The position numbers and the translations under genes were made by a program. A DNA stretch of 64,000 bases. It comes from an uncultured Nevskia sp. GTDB taxonomy: Bacteria > Pseudomonadota > Gammaproteobacteria > Nevskiales > Nevskiaceae. Under the pieces are notes generated by a model. The model made no database searches. It saw only the letters and a program-made list of their open reading frames with translations, and had not been told where the DNA came from. The number at the start of each line of letters is the position of its first letter. The stretch's first letter is position 1. The stretch is from NCBI GenBank assembly GCA_964458725.1, contig CAYWPB010000001.1, forward strand, positions 10,138-74,137. The letters run 5' to 3'. Shown piece after piece: positions 10,002-27,673 of the stretch.

Positions 10002-10289
10002 ATGATCGAGGAGCACGAAGTGCCGGTGTTCGGCCCCGGCGTGCGTTTCCGCTACGACGAGGTGCGGCAGGCCTGGGTGGTGCTGGCGCCGGAGCGCCTG
10101 TTCCTGCCGGACGAGCAGGCGGTGGAGGTCCTCAAGCTGATCGATGGCGCGCGCAACCTTAGCGACATCGTCGACAACCTGGCGGAGCGCTTCAACGCGC
10201 CGCACGAAGTCATTGCCGCCGATGTTTCGGCGATGCTGCGCGACCTGGCCGACAAGGGCGTGCTGCGCCTGCAGGCGCCGTCGGCATGA
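10002..10289 (+). CDS. pqqD: PqqA-binding chaperone PqqD
   Basis: R.RYDEVRQAWVVLAPER...A.EVL.LIDG motif; start taken at ATG 10002; 4-nt overlap with pqqE. Confidence 0.92.
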   Translation: MIEEHEVPVFGPGVRFRYDEVRQAWVVLAPERLFLPDEQAVEVLKLIDGARNLSDIVDNLAERFNAPHEVIAADVSAMLRDLADKGVLRLQAPSA

Positions 10290-11404
10290 GCAGCGTCCGG
10301 CCGGAGCCGCCGCTCGGGTTGCTGCTCGAGCTGACTCACCGCTGCCCGCTGCAATGCCCGTACTGTTCCAACCCGTTGCAACTGGAACGCGCCTCGGCGG
10401 AGCTGGACACGGCCTCCTGGTTGCGCGTGCTGGACGAGGCCGCCGCTCTGGGCGTGCTGCAGGTACATTTTTCCGGGGGCGAACCCATGGCCCGCCGCGA
10501 GCTGCCGGCGCTGGTGCGCCGGGCGCGCGAGCGCGGCCTCTACAGCAACCTGATCACCTCGGCCGTACTGCTCGACCGGCCGCGGCTGGCCGAGCTTGTG
10601 GATGCAGGCATCGATCACATCCAGATCAGCTTCCAGGATGTGGAGCCAGGCAATGCCGACCGTATCGGCGGCTATGCCGGCGGCCACGCCCGCAAGCTGG
10701 AAGCGGCGCGGTTGGTGCGCGAGAGCGGCCTGCCGCTGACGCTCAACTTTGTGGTGCACCGGCAGAACGTCGGCAACGTGCCGGCAATGATCGCCCTTGG
10801 CCTGGAGCTGGGGGCCGGGCGCATCGAGGTGGCCCATGTGCAGTACTACGGCTGGGGCCTGAGCAACCGCGCCGCGCTGCTGCCGAGCCGCGCGCAACTC
10901 GACGCAGTGACGGCCGAGGTGGAAGATGCGCGACAGCGCCTGAAAGGCCGCCTGACCATCGACTACGTGGTGCCTGACTACTACGCGCTGCGGCCCAAGG
11001 CCTGCATGGGCGGCTGGGCACGGCGCTTCATCAATATCTCGCCGGCCGGCAAGGCCTTGCCCTGCCATGCCGCCGAGACCTTGCCTGATCTCACATTTCC
11101 CTCGGTGCGCGAGCAATCGCTGGCGCAGATCTGGAACGAGTCGCCGGCCTTCGAGCGCTTCCGCGGCACTGCCTGGATGCCCGAGCCCTGCCAATCCTGC
11201 GAGCGGCGCGAAATCGACTGGGGCGGCTGCCGCTGCCAGGCCTATGCGCTGACCGGCGATGCGGCGCGCACCGATCCGGCCTGCGCGCTGGCGCCGGACC
11301 GGGAGGTGATGGCTCGCGCCGTTCAGGAGAGCGGGCAGAGCGGCGAAGCCTTCGTCTACCGACGCTACGAGCCGAACCGGGAAAAGGCCGGGTTGCCGGC
11401 CTAG
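10286..11404 (+). CDS. pqqE: Radical SAM/SPASM PqqA peptide cyclase PqqE
   Basis: ELTHRCPLQCPYCSNP (CxxxCxxC), FSGGEP, SPASM cysteines (C..GW, PCH, C..C...GGCRCQA, DP.C). Confidence 0.96.
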   Translation: MSSVRPEPPLGLLLELTHRCPLQCPYCSNPLQLERASAELDTASWLRVLDEAAALGVLQVHFSGGEPMARRELPALVRRARERGLYSNLITSAVLLDRPRLAELVDAGIDHIQISFQDVEPGNADRIGGYAGGHARKLEAARLVRESGLPLTLNFVVHRQNVGNVPAMIALGLELGAGRIEVAHVQYYGWGLSNRAALLPSRAQLDAVTAEVEDARQRLKGRLTIDYVVPDYYALRPKACMGGWARRFINISPAGKALPCHAAETLPDLTFPSVREQSLAQIWNESPAFERFRGTAWMPEPCQSCERREIDWGGCRCQAYALTGDAARTDPACALAPDREVMARAVQESGQSGEAFVYRRYEPNREKAGLPA

Positions 11405-11414
11405 GCGGCCCGGC

Positions 11415-11666
11415 CTACCGGGTGCTCTGGCAGGCGGCGTCCGGCGCGGTCGGGATGCACGTCGACGGCGGGAACAGTGGGCCGGAGCGGTCCGGCAGGT
11501 TCTCCGGCGGATGTCTCAGGCACTCCTCGAAGCTCTGCTGCGAACCCAGAGAATTGTGCGTGGCGAGCTGCCAGCCGTACTGGAAGGCGCAGTATTGATC
11601 GGCGTTGCCGAGAGTGATTCCCGAGGGGGCGGCGGCGGCGGCGCTGATCAGCAGCGCGGAAAGCAT
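11415..11666 (-). CDS. Small hypothetical secreted protein with 4 Cys (alternative start 11699)
   Basis: MLSALLISAAAAA signal-like N-terminus; convergent with pqqE; AT-rich promoter-like region upstream. Confidence 0.45.
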   Translation of the reverse strand: MLSALLISAAAAAPSGITLGNADQYCAFQYGWQLATHNSLGSQQSFEECLRHPPENLPDRSGPLFPPSTCIPTAPDAACQSTR

Positions 11667-11834
11667 CGCTCTGCCCGAGGGGGTTGTAATCGGGCGCATC
11701 CTGGCGCAACTGTAAGCTGAATGATAGGTTTCATAGTCTTAGTGTTAGTAACACATTGAATTATAAATAAAATAATCCGTAGTTGTCGCCATGGTCCGGC
11801 CCTCCGGGCCGCGACCAACACTGGCGGTTCCCTC

Positions 11835-11853
11835 TGTCTGTCAGCGCACGGAC
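11835..11853 (+). promoter_or_regulatory. Crp-like box TGTCTG-TCAG-CGCACG-GAC
   Basis: Matches the recurring island motif; -10-like CAAGCT lies 22 nt downstream of the core. Confidence 0.55.
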
Positions 11854-11984
11854 GTACTGAGCGGTTTCGTATCAAGCTGCTGCGAAATAGCCGAGCCCCA
11901 CGACCGGCTGGGGGATCATTTATGGATTCTGCCACAGCAGACATGAGCGCCCGCCGGCAACGCAGACGAACTCCCGGAGGAGTC

Positions 11985-12170
11985 ATGCATTCACCCGAGT
12001 CGCTTACGGCAAAAAGGGTCGATCTCGAGCGCAAGATCTTGCAGGTCATCGGCGAGTTCGAGACCGACACCGGATTCCAGGTCACCAAGGTGGCCGTGCA
12101 ATCGCACGTCGATACCGAATCCGGCATACCGAAAAGCGTCCGCGTCGTAGTCACCACCCAGATACGCTGA
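11985..12170 (+). CDS. Small hypothetical protein (61 aa)
   Basis: RBS GGAGGAG before ATG 11985; helix plus beta-strand pattern (LERKILQVIGEFETDTGFQVTKVAV). Confidence 0.6.
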   Translation: MHSPESLTAKRVDLERKILQVIGEFETDTGFQVTKVAVQSHVDTESGIPKSVRVVVTTQIR

Positions 12171-12351
12171 TGGTGAACGAACCCTTGAGCGGCTCCCGGT
12201 TGCCGGATAGACGGTCTGACCGGGGGCGGCCACCAAGCCGATTGTCGCGCCGCTCGCGGCGCTCCACCGCGGCAACCGGTGTTCAAGCCGGACCGCGAAC
12301 CTGCGACCGCATGGCGCGGTCTTAAGTTGTGCACCAGCCAGGTAACCACGG

Positions 12352-13110
12352 ATGGCCATGAAAAAGACTCAGGTGCCGGAGCCGGCTTGGCCGGGCCACT
12401 TGCTGGCCATGCCCCACAATCACCTGCTCGACGCCTTGGTGAACGCCGACCGCAAGCGGATTGTGCCCGAACTCGAACTGGTCGCACTGCCGGCGGGCGT
12501 CGTGCTCTACGAATCCGGCGACACCCTGGCGCACGTCTACTTTCCCACGGATGCGATCATCTCCCTGCTGTACACCACGACACGCGGCGAGTGCAGCGAG
12601 ATCGGCCTGGTCGGCAACGAGGGCCTGGTGGGCATATCCCTGTTCATGGGCGGCGACAGCACGCCCAGCCACGGGGTGGTGCAGACCTCCGGCTACGCCT
12701 ACCGTCTGAAGGCCCCGCTGCTCAAGAAGGAATTCAATCGCTGCACCCACCTGCAGAGCCTGCTGCTGCGTTACATTCAGAGCGTGCTGGTGCAGATGGC
12801 GCAAATCGCCGTCTGCAATCGTCATCACACCGTGGATCAGCAGTTGTGCCGCTGGCTGCTGCTGAACCTGGACCGCTTGCAGGGCAATGAAGTCGCCGTG
12901 ACCCAGGAACTGATCGCGACCCGCCTTGGCGTGCGGCGCGAAGGGGTGACCTGCGCGGCGCGGAAGCTGCAGGCGGCTGGCGTGATCGAGTACAAGCGCG
13001 GGCACATCATCGTGCTTGATCGTCGGCGGCTGGAGCGGCTGTGCTGCGACTGCTACGAGGCCATGAAGCACGAAGGCCAGTGGCTTTGCGAAGAAGCGGA
13101 AGCCTGCTGA
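12352..13110 (+). CDS. Crp/Fnr family transcriptional regulator (paralog 1)
   Basis: HVYFP...ISLL, VGNEGLVG, CNRHH, HTH LGVRREGVT, C-terminal CCDCY. Confidence 0.93.
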   Translation: MAMKKTQVPEPAWPGHLLAMPHNHLLDALVNADRKRIVPELELVALPAGVVLYESGDTLAHVYFPTDAIISLLYTTTRGECSEIGLVGNEGLVGISLFMGGDSTPSHGVVQTSGYAYRLKAPLLKKEFNRCTHLQSLLLRYIQSVLVQMAQIAVCNRHHTVDQQLCRWLLLNLDRLQGNEVAVTQELIATRLGVRREGVTCAARKLQAAGVIEYKRGHIIVLDRRRLERLCCDCYEAMKHEGQWLCEEAEAC

Positions 13111-13192
13111 CAGGTACTCCTCCCGACGCGCCGACAGGCGCGGGCGGACTCCGCCACGCGGCGAATGCGCCGTCCGCCTCGTCGCCGATGCG

Positions 13193-21175
<7,983 letters not shown>

Positions 21176-21186
21176 GGTCGGATTCC

Positions 21187-23094
21187 TTACCGGGGGACGG
21201 ACCGGTCGAGGGCCGCGTTGCGCAGGCGCGCCCGCTCGCCGGGGGTAAGCATCGGGGCGCTCTGTGCGGCCCGCGGTTGGCCGAGGCGTACCGCCAGGGC
21301 CCCGATATCCGGATACTCGAACAGGTCCATCAGCGGTACGGTTCGGCCCAGGGTGTCCTGCAGCAGGGCATGCAGCTTGATCAGCTGCATGGAGTTGCCG
21401 CCGAGGTCGAAGAAATTGTCATGGGCGCCGACCCTGTCGGTGCCCAGAACCTGTCGCCACAGGCGCAGCAACAAGCCCTCGAAATCGGTCGGCGCCGCCG
21501 CCGGCATGATCTTCGACGACGGCTTTTCGGCCGCCGTGGATGGCACCGGCAGGCGGGCCCGGTCAACTTTGCCGGTCGGACCCAGCGGCAGGGCATCCAG
21601 CACCTGCAGTACCGAAGGCATCATGTAGTCGGGCAGTTCCTGGCGCAGGAAACCACGCAAGCCGGATACTGCCGCTGGGTCGGTGCGTTTCAGGGTTACG
21701 AACGCCGCGATGTGGCGCTGCTCGTCAGCGCCGACAAAGCACACGGCCGCCGCGTCTGCGACCAGGGCATTGCGTCGCAGGAAGGCCTCCAGCGCATCCA
21801 GCTCCACCCGCTTGCCGTTGATCTTGACCTGCCGGTCGGCGCGGCCGAGAAACTCCAGATTGCCGTCGGCGCGACGGCGCACCTGGTCGCCGGTGCGGTA
21901 CAGCCGCGCGCCCGGCACGTTGCTGAACGGATGCGCGACGAATTTCTCCGCAGTGAGCAGCGGACGGTTCAAATAGCCGTCCGCCAGTCCGGCGCCGCCG
22001 ACATACAGCTCGCCGGCGACCCCGTCCGCCACCGGCTGTTTTGCTTCGTCGAGAATGTGGATCTCGGTGTGCAGGATGGCCTTGCCGATAGGAATCGGAC
22101 CATCCGGCGGTGGCTCGGCGGGAATGGTGTAGCAACAGGAGAAGGTGGTGTTCTCGGTGGGGCCATAACCATTGATGAGACGGCAGTCCGGCAGGGCCGC
22201 CAGGACCTTGCGCACGTGAGAAGGCGACAACACATCGCCTCCCGCCAGGAGTTGGCGCAGCGGTTTCAGTCCGTCGATGCGGTGGTCGACCATCAGGTGA
22301 AACAACCCCGCGGTCAGCCACAGCGTGGTGACCCCGTGGCGTTCGATGGTCTGCGCGATTTCGTCGAGCGAGGGCCTCGCGGCGGGCAGGATCGCCAGGG
22401 TGCCGCCGTTGAGCAGCGCACCCCAGATTTCGAAGGTCGAGGCATCGAACGTCAACGGCGCCATTTGCAGCAGGACTTCGTCGGCGTCGAGCCTGGCGAA
22501 ATTGTTGTCGAGGACCAGCCGCAGGACGGCCCGGTGCGGCACCAGCACGCCCTTGGGGTTGCCGGTGGAACCGGAGGTGTACATCACGTACGCCAGGTCC
22601 GAGCCGTGCGCCGGCGGCCGCGCCCGGGAAATCGGAAAGGAGCGGTCCTCGCCAAGGTCGGATGCGATTCCGAGCGCGTCGCCATCCCAGAATGGCGGGT
22701 CGTCCGACAGTTCGGGCCGGTCGACCAGCATCAGGGTCGGCGTGCTGTCCAGGTAGATCTGCCGCAGCAGCTGTCGTGGATAGGACGAATCGAAGGGAAC
22801 GTAGGCGGCTCCGGCCTTGAGAATCCCGAGGATCGCGGCAATCGCCTCGGGCGAACGCTGCGCGTACAGGCCGACGGTGTCGCCGTGCCGGACTCCGTCC
22901 CGTTGCAGCGCGTCGGCGATCCGCTCCGCGCGGTGATCGAGTTCGCCGTAGCTGATCCGGCGATCGCAGCAGACCAGCGCCGTGCGTTCGCGGCATGACC
23001 TGGCCAACCGCTGGAATGCCTGGTGGATCGAGCCGTCGATGCTCCGCGTGGCCGTCCGTTCCGGGTCGGTCCCGTCCCGCCGTTGGTCGTTCAC
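21187..23094 (-). CDS. Stand-alone NRPS loading module A-PCP
   Basis: YTSGSTGNPKG, FDASTFE, NGYGPTENTTF, YRTGD, GKVDR; PCP FFDLGGNSM; GTGA overlap with the upstream flippase stop. Confidence 0.93.
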   Translation of the reverse strand: MNDQRRDGTDPERTATRSIDGSIHQAFQRLARSCRERTALVCCDRRISYGELDHRAERIADALQRDGVRHGDTVGLYAQRSPEAIAAILGILKAGAAYVPFDSSYPRQLLRQIYLDSTPTLMLVDRPELSDDPPFWDGDALGIASDLGEDRSFPISRARPPAHGSDLAYVMYTSGSTGNPKGVLVPHRAVLRLVLDNNFARLDADEVLLQMAPLTFDASTFEIWGALLNGGTLAILPAARPSLDEIAQTIERHGVTTLWLTAGLFHLMVDHRIDGLKPLRQLLAGGDVLSPSHVRKVLAALPDCRLINGYGPTENTTFSCCYTIPAEPPPDGPIPIGKAILHTEIHILDEAKQPVADGVAGELYVGGAGLADGYLNRPLLTAEKFVAHPFSNVPGARLYRTGDQVRRRADGNLEFLGRADRQVKINGKRVELDALEAFLRRNALVADAAAVCFVGADEQRHIAAFVTLKRTDPAAVSGLRGFLRQELPDYMMPSVLQVLDALPLGPTGKVDRARLPVPSTAAEKPSSKIMPAAAPTDFEGLLLRLWRQVLGTDRVGAHDNFFDLGGNSMQLIKLHALLQDTLGRTVPLMDLFEYPDIGALAVRLGQPRAAQSAPMLTPGERARLRNAALDRSVPR

Positions 23095-24401
23095 TGGGTG
23101 CCCTCGTCGGATATCACCGGGAAGAGGCGGCGTGCCACGCCGCCCAGGGGCCTGATGCTCGATTCACGGGCGGACAGTGCCAGGATGCCGGTCACGCTGA
23201 TCAGCTCGCCGACCGCTACGCCCATAGGGGCGCCGGCTGCGCCCAGGATACGCATGCCGCAGTAGCCCGCGGTGAGGGAAGCGACTGCGCTGAACAGCGT
23301 CAGCACGGTCAGCTGCCGGAAACGGGAGCGCACCAGCAGCAGATAGATCAGCTGGTCGCGCATCACCATGATGATGAATGCCACGAACCAGAGGCCGAGC
23401 AGCAGGTCCTGCTGTGCGAAGTGCTTTTTCAGGATGACGTCGAAGATCCAGCCGCGAAACTGCCACAGCATCCCGAAGTAGAGCAGGGCCGCCAGCGCGA
23501 CGGCGGCGGCGAAGCCGACGAGGCGGCGCAGCACAATGGCGGCACCGTCCTGGTTAAGCCAGTCCGCTGCAAGCGGCAGCATCATCGAGGCCAGGCCCAC
23601 CGACAGCGAGTTAATGGGCATCAGCAGCAGGCGCGTGGCCGAGATGGCAGCGACGGCGGTGACGCCGAGCGTGCCGGCCACCATGTAGCTGTAACCCTGG
23701 CTGAAGCTCCAGTGAACCGCGGCGCCGAGGCAGGACCAGGCGCCGAGCGGGGCGATTTCACGCAGCACGCCGGGGACTCCAGCGGTGCTCCAGGGTTCGT
23801 GGCGGCGCAGGCTTCGCGACAGGAGCAGGGCGCCGATGCCGGCCGCAAGGCCCAGGCTCAACAGGGTGATCGCGGCCGGCGCGGGAGTCAGCGTCGCGGC
23901 GACGGTGCCGGCGAGCATGACCACGATATAGACCGAGTCGCCCTTGAGCACATCCAGTGGCCTGCGGTAGGCCTGCAAGGCCATGCGAAAATACTCGCGG
24001 CTGAGCACGGCCAGTGCGGCGACCACCACGACCAGGGCCAGCGCCGCCGCCTGCCCGCTGAAGAGACCGCTGGCCCAGGCCAGCAGGATGCCGAAGCAGG
24101 CGACACCGGCAAGCGCCGGCAGCAGGCGCTGCTGCGCGTGATAGAAACCGGCGACGACGTTGCGGCCGCCGTCCCGGTCCAGGCGGCTCAGGCGGTTCAC
24201 CATGGGCGAGGCAAAGAAGGAGTTCTGCAGCGAAGTCAGCAGCAGGATCGCGTTCCAGCCCAGGACGTAGTAGCCGTACTGCAGATCGGCGGCGCGCCGC
24301 ACCAGGACCAGGCTGGCAAGCAGGCTCGCGGCAGAGAGCATCGCCTGGTTGATGACGGCGCTGCCGAGCAGCGGCGCCAGCTTGTCGAGTGGGCGCGACA
24401 T
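23091..24401 (-). CDS. Wzx-type polysaccharide flippase / polysaccharide biosynthesis membrane protein
   Basis: About 12 hydrophobic segments; NQAMLSAASLL...VRR...YG.Y N-terminal pattern; start taken at ATG 24401. Confidence 0.75.
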   Translation of the reverse strand: MSRPLDKLAPLLGSAVINQAMLSAASLLASLVLVRRAADLQYGYYVLGWNAILLLTSLQNSFFASPMVNRLSRLDRDGGRNVVAGFYHAQQRLLPALAGVACFGILLAWASGLFSGQAAALALVVVVAALAVLSREYFRMALQAYRRPLDVLKGDSVYIVVMLAGTVAATLTPAPAAITLLSLGLAAGIGALLLSRSLRRHEPWSTAGVPGVLREIAPLGAWSCLGAAVHWSFSQGYSYMVAGTLGVTAVAAISATRLLLMPINSLSVGLASMMLPLAADWLNQDGAAIVLRRLVGFAAAVALAALLYFGMLWQFRGWIFDVILKKHFAQQDLLLGLWFVAFIIMVMRDQLIYLLLVRSRFRQLTVLTLFSAVASLTAGYCGMRILGAAGAPMGVAVGELISVTGILALSARESSIRPLGGVARRLFPVISDEGTQ

Positions 24402-24403
24402 CT

Positions 24404-25585
24404 TCAGGTCTCCCGCCGGGTGCTGACCCAGCCACGCGGATCGCGCCGGCCGAGCATGACCAGCAGCTTCCACGCCACGAAGAACGGCGCGTAGACCAGG
24501 TCGATCAATCCCTTCCAGCCCAACCCGCTCAACTGCCAGCCGCGCAGCACGTACGCCGCTACCGCCGTGGCGCTGGCCAGGCCGAGCCACAGCCACTCCT
24601 GCCAGTGAGGAAGCCACGGTGAGAGTACCGCCGCCGCGGTGATGAGCAGGGCGGTGTTCAGCGCCACGTAGGACAAGGGCAGCAGCAGCAGGTCGAGTGC
24701 CAGGTCCAGGCAGATGCGGCTGCGCTGGCGCACTGCCGCGCGCAGCAGCGGCGCGGTACGGGAGCGGATCAGCTGCATGCGGCCGTCTTCCCAGCGTTGA
24801 CGCTGCGTCCGGGCTGCGGCGCCATCGACGGTCATGTCCGCGTTGGCGTCGGCTTCACCGGCATAGTGGACGCGGTAGCCGGCCAGCCCCAGGCAGATGC
24901 CGTATTCGAGGTCCTCGGTGAGGGAGTAAGCCTCATACGGCAGCGTGCGCAGCAATTCGCAAGTGACGCACCAGCCATTGCCGCGGATGCCACAGGACAG
25001 CCCCAGGCGCTCGCGGGCACGCGAGCGGCTGACATGGAAGGCAGCCTTGGCGATGGTCAGCAGCCGGGTGCGCCAGGAGGCCTGGGCGTTGAGAATGCCG
25101 TAGTGCGCCTGCACCGCATTCGCGCCATGCTCCAAGCGGGCGGCAAAGGCCTCCAGCAGATTGACCGAGACTTCCGTATCCGCGTCGACCACCGCGACGG
25201 CGTCGGCGAAGCCGCAGGCCAGGCTGTGCCGGAACGCGAAATCCAGTGCATGACCCTTGCCGCGCTGGCTGCTGTCCCGGCGTTCCAGCACCTCGGCGCC
25301 AGCCGCCCGGGCCAGTTGCGCGGTGGAATCCTCGCAGTTGTCGGCGATCACCACGATCCGGTACAGGTGTCGCGGCCAGTCCAGGCGCTTCAGGCTGGTG
25401 ACGCTGCGCCGGATCACCGCCGCTTCGTTGTGCGCGGGGACGATCACGTCGAAGCGCAGACGGCGCCGGGGAGACGGCGGTGTCTTGTTCCTTGCGGAAA
25501 GCAGGGTGAGCGCCGCCAGATACAGCGTGGAGAACACGGCGGGCACCGCCAGGAGGCACAGGAGGGCGCTGGTCAGGAACGTCAT
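24404..25585 (-). CDS. GT2 glycosyltransferase with D,D,D,QxxRW motif
   Basis: VPAHNE, DNCED, GKG.AL, DAD, LTED, QRQRW; N- and C-terminal TM helices; start ATG 25585 overlaps the upstream stop. Confidence 0.9.
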   Translation of the reverse strand: MTFLTSALLCLLAVPAVFSTLYLAALTLLSARNKTPPSPRRRLRFDVIVPAHNEAAVIRRSVTSLKRLDWPRHLYRIVVIADNCEDSTAQLARAAGAEVLERRDSSQRGKGHALDFAFRHSLACGFADAVAVVDADTEVSVNLLEAFAARLEHGANAVQAHYGILNAQASWRTRLLTIAKAAFHVSRSRARERLGLSCGIRGNGWCVTCELLRTLPYEAYSLTEDLEYGICLGLAGYRVHYAGEADANADMTVDGAAARTQRQRWEDGRMQLIRSRTAPLLRAAVRQRSRICLDLALDLLLLPLSYVALNTALLITAAAVLSPWLPHWQEWLWLGLASATAVAAYVLRGWQLSGLGWKGLIDLVYAPFFVAWKLLVMLGRRDPRGWVSTRRET

Positions 25586-26505
25586 GACGCCACCCTCTCG
25601 TATTCGCGGTAGTGCCAGCCCCACAGAATCGACAGCTTCCCCAGGTTGGCAGACACCTTGAGCAGCCAGTAGGCGGCGCGATGGGGGCCGAGGGGCAGGC
25701 AGAGCAGGGCCAGCGCCGCCGCCAGCGGCATCTGCGCGCAGGAACGCAAAAACAGCACCAGCCGGCGCCGCAGCGTTGCTGGACCGTAGCGGCCGGCCAG
25801 CGCGTGGCGGGCAAAGTCCTGGCCACCCCGCAGGGACCGGCGCAGCAGCCACGCCAGGCGCAGCCGGGACGGCTCGATCGGCTCGTCGACGTATGCTTCA
25901 TCGCACCACACGATGCGTGCCCCGTTCTGCACCAGACGGGCAAGCAGATCGCCGTCCTCGCCACCGGTCAGGCCATAGGCCGGATCGAACGGCGGCAGCA
26001 CGCTGTCCCGCAGCAGGGACGCACGCAGCAGCACGTTGCCGAAGCGCAGGCGGTTCAGTGGAATCTCGGTGCCGGTACGCATCCGCGCCCAGTCGTAGAA
26101 GTGCCCGCGGCGGATCCAGCCCGGCGCATTGCGCGGTACCAGCGGGATCACCGGCCCCAGCACGCCGTCCACGTTCAACCGCAGCGCGGTGATCATCAGC
26201 TGCAGCAGCCAGTACCGTGGCGCGCGCTCGTCGTCATCGATGAAGGCGAGCCAGTCGCCGCTCGCCAGCTCGACCGTACGGTTGCGGGTCAGGGAGATGT
26301 TCTGCACCGGCTGGATCTCGTAACGGACCCGGAACGGCAGGCGCGCCCGGCGCCAGCGATCGACGATTCGACGGGCGCTGCCATCGGCGTCGTTGTCGAC
26401 CACGACCACTTCATCGGGGTGGTGCACCTGATGCGCCACGTCGCTCAGCAAGGCGGCCAGTTGCACCGGCCTGCGATAGGTGGCGATGCACAGGGTGATG
26501 TTCAT
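25582..26505 (-). CDS. GT2 glycosyltransferase, ExoM-like
   Basis: IATYRRP, VVDND, NIS.TRN, AFIDDDE, GGED motifs. Confidence 0.88.
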   Translation of the reverse strand: MNITLCIATYRRPVQLAALLSDVAHQVHHPDEVVVVDNDADGSARRIVDRWRRARLPFRVRYEIQPVQNISLTRNRTVELASGDWLAFIDDDERAPRYWLLQLMITALRLNVDGVLGPVIPLVPRNAPGWIRRGHFYDWARMRTGTEIPLNRLRFGNVLLRASLLRDSVLPPFDPAYGLTGGEDGDLLARLVQNGARIVWCDEAYVDEPIEPSRLRLAWLLRRSLRGGQDFARHALAGRYGPATLRRRLVLFLRSCAQMPLAAALALLCLPLGPHRAAYWLLKVSANLGKLSILWGWHYREYERVAS

Positions 26506-26548
26506 GGGACGTCACCGACAGCATGGCGGACCGTGACGGCTGTGCGGT

Positions 26549-27664
26549 TCATGGCAGGTTCACCTGAAAACTGCCCAGCGGGGCAGGTCGTCCCGCCGGG
26601 TGCCGGTGCAGGCGGCGACGCAAGGCCGCGCAGGGCCGCTCGATCCACTGGCGCAGAGCGGCTGCGGTCGCAAGAGTGAGTGCCGCGCTCAGTATCAGCC
26701 CCGGGGCCCAGTCGAGTTGCGGCCATTGCCGCATCACCAGGTACTGGATCATCTGGTGGCAGAGATAGACCGAGTATGAAATCGATCCGAGATAGACCAT
26801 CGGCCGGGAGTTGAGCCAACGACATGCGACGTGGCCGGAGTGCACGACCGCAAGGTAGATCAGCGGGGCAATGGCCAGGCTTTGCACGGTGTAGCGGAAG
26901 GTGGCCCTGAAGAAAGCGTCGCGCACTGAGAGGCTGATCAGCAAGGCCGCAATGCAGGCTATCGCCAGCGGCCAGTCGCGCCGTGGAGCCGCCCTGGCCG
27001 CGAGCGGCCAGGGATTGCACAGCAGACCCATGAAGCAGCCCACGAGGATGGCGTCGGCGCGGGTGTCGGTGGCCATGTTCAGGTAGGCCTCGGTGAACCC
27101 GTGGGAGGCAAGCCAGCACCTGCGGGCGAGGACCAAGCCGCAGAGCAGGGCCAGCAGCAGCGCCGCCAGGCGCGGACGCGCGGCTCGCAGCAGGGCGATG
27201 GCCAGCGGCGGATAGAGCAGATAGAAGTGCTCCTCCACTGCCAGGGACCACATCACGCCCAGTCCGGCCGGGACACCGTGAAAGTCATGGGCGATGAAAT
27301 AGTAGTTGGCGCCATAGAACAACACCGACAGCAGTCCGCCGAAGCTGAAGCTGCCCTCGATCACTGTCAGGCGCGACAGCAGCGCCGCGGCCGCGACCAC
27401 CAGCAGCAGCGGCGGCATCAGACGCAGGAACCGGCGCAGATAAAAAGCGCGAAGGCTGACCGAACCGGTCGCGCTGTATTCCGAAGCGATCAGGGTGGTG
27501 ATCAGGTAGCCGCTGAGCACGAAGAAGATGGTCACGCCGAGACCGCCCGGCACGTTGCGTTCCAGCCCGCTGTGCGCAAGGAATACCAGGGATACCGCCA
27601 CGCCGCGGATTCCATCCAGGGAGGGGATGGCGGGAACATCCGGGATTGGCCGATGGTCCGACAC
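26549..27664 (-). CDS. Acyltransferase-3 (OafA/YrhL) membrane O-acyltransferase
   Basis: SLDGIRG, FFVLSGYLIT, FY.RRFLRL.P, WSLAVEEHFY, LG.ISYS.YL.H. Confidence 0.92.
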   Translation of the reverse strand: MSDHRPIPDVPAIPSLDGIRGVAVSLVFLAHSGLERNVPGGLGVTIFFVLSGYLITTLIASEYSATGSVSLRAFYLRRFLRLMPPLLLVVAAAALLSRLTVIEGSFSFGGLLSVLFYGANYYFIAHDFHGVPAGLGVMWSLAVEEHFYLLYPPLAIALLRAARPRLAALLLALLCGLVLARRCWLASHGFTEAYLNMATDTRADAILVGCFMGLLCNPWPLAARAAPRRDWPLAIACIAALLISLSVRDAFFRATFRYTVQSLAIAPLIYLAVVHSGHVACRWLNSRPMVYLGSISYSVYLCHQMIQYLVMRQWPQLDWAPGLILSAALTLATAAALRQWIERPCAALRRRLHRHPAGRPAPLGSFQVNLP

Positions 27665-27673
27665 GGTGGTCCG

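Noticed and set aside
13111-13192. GC-rich inverted repeat between convergent crp1 and PKS-NRPS
   Set aside because: Imperfect stem and no U-tract; not called as a terminator
24404-25585. Calling the QxxRW GT2 a cellulose synthase BcsA
   Set aside because: Only ~393 aa, no PilZ domain, no bcsB/bcsC
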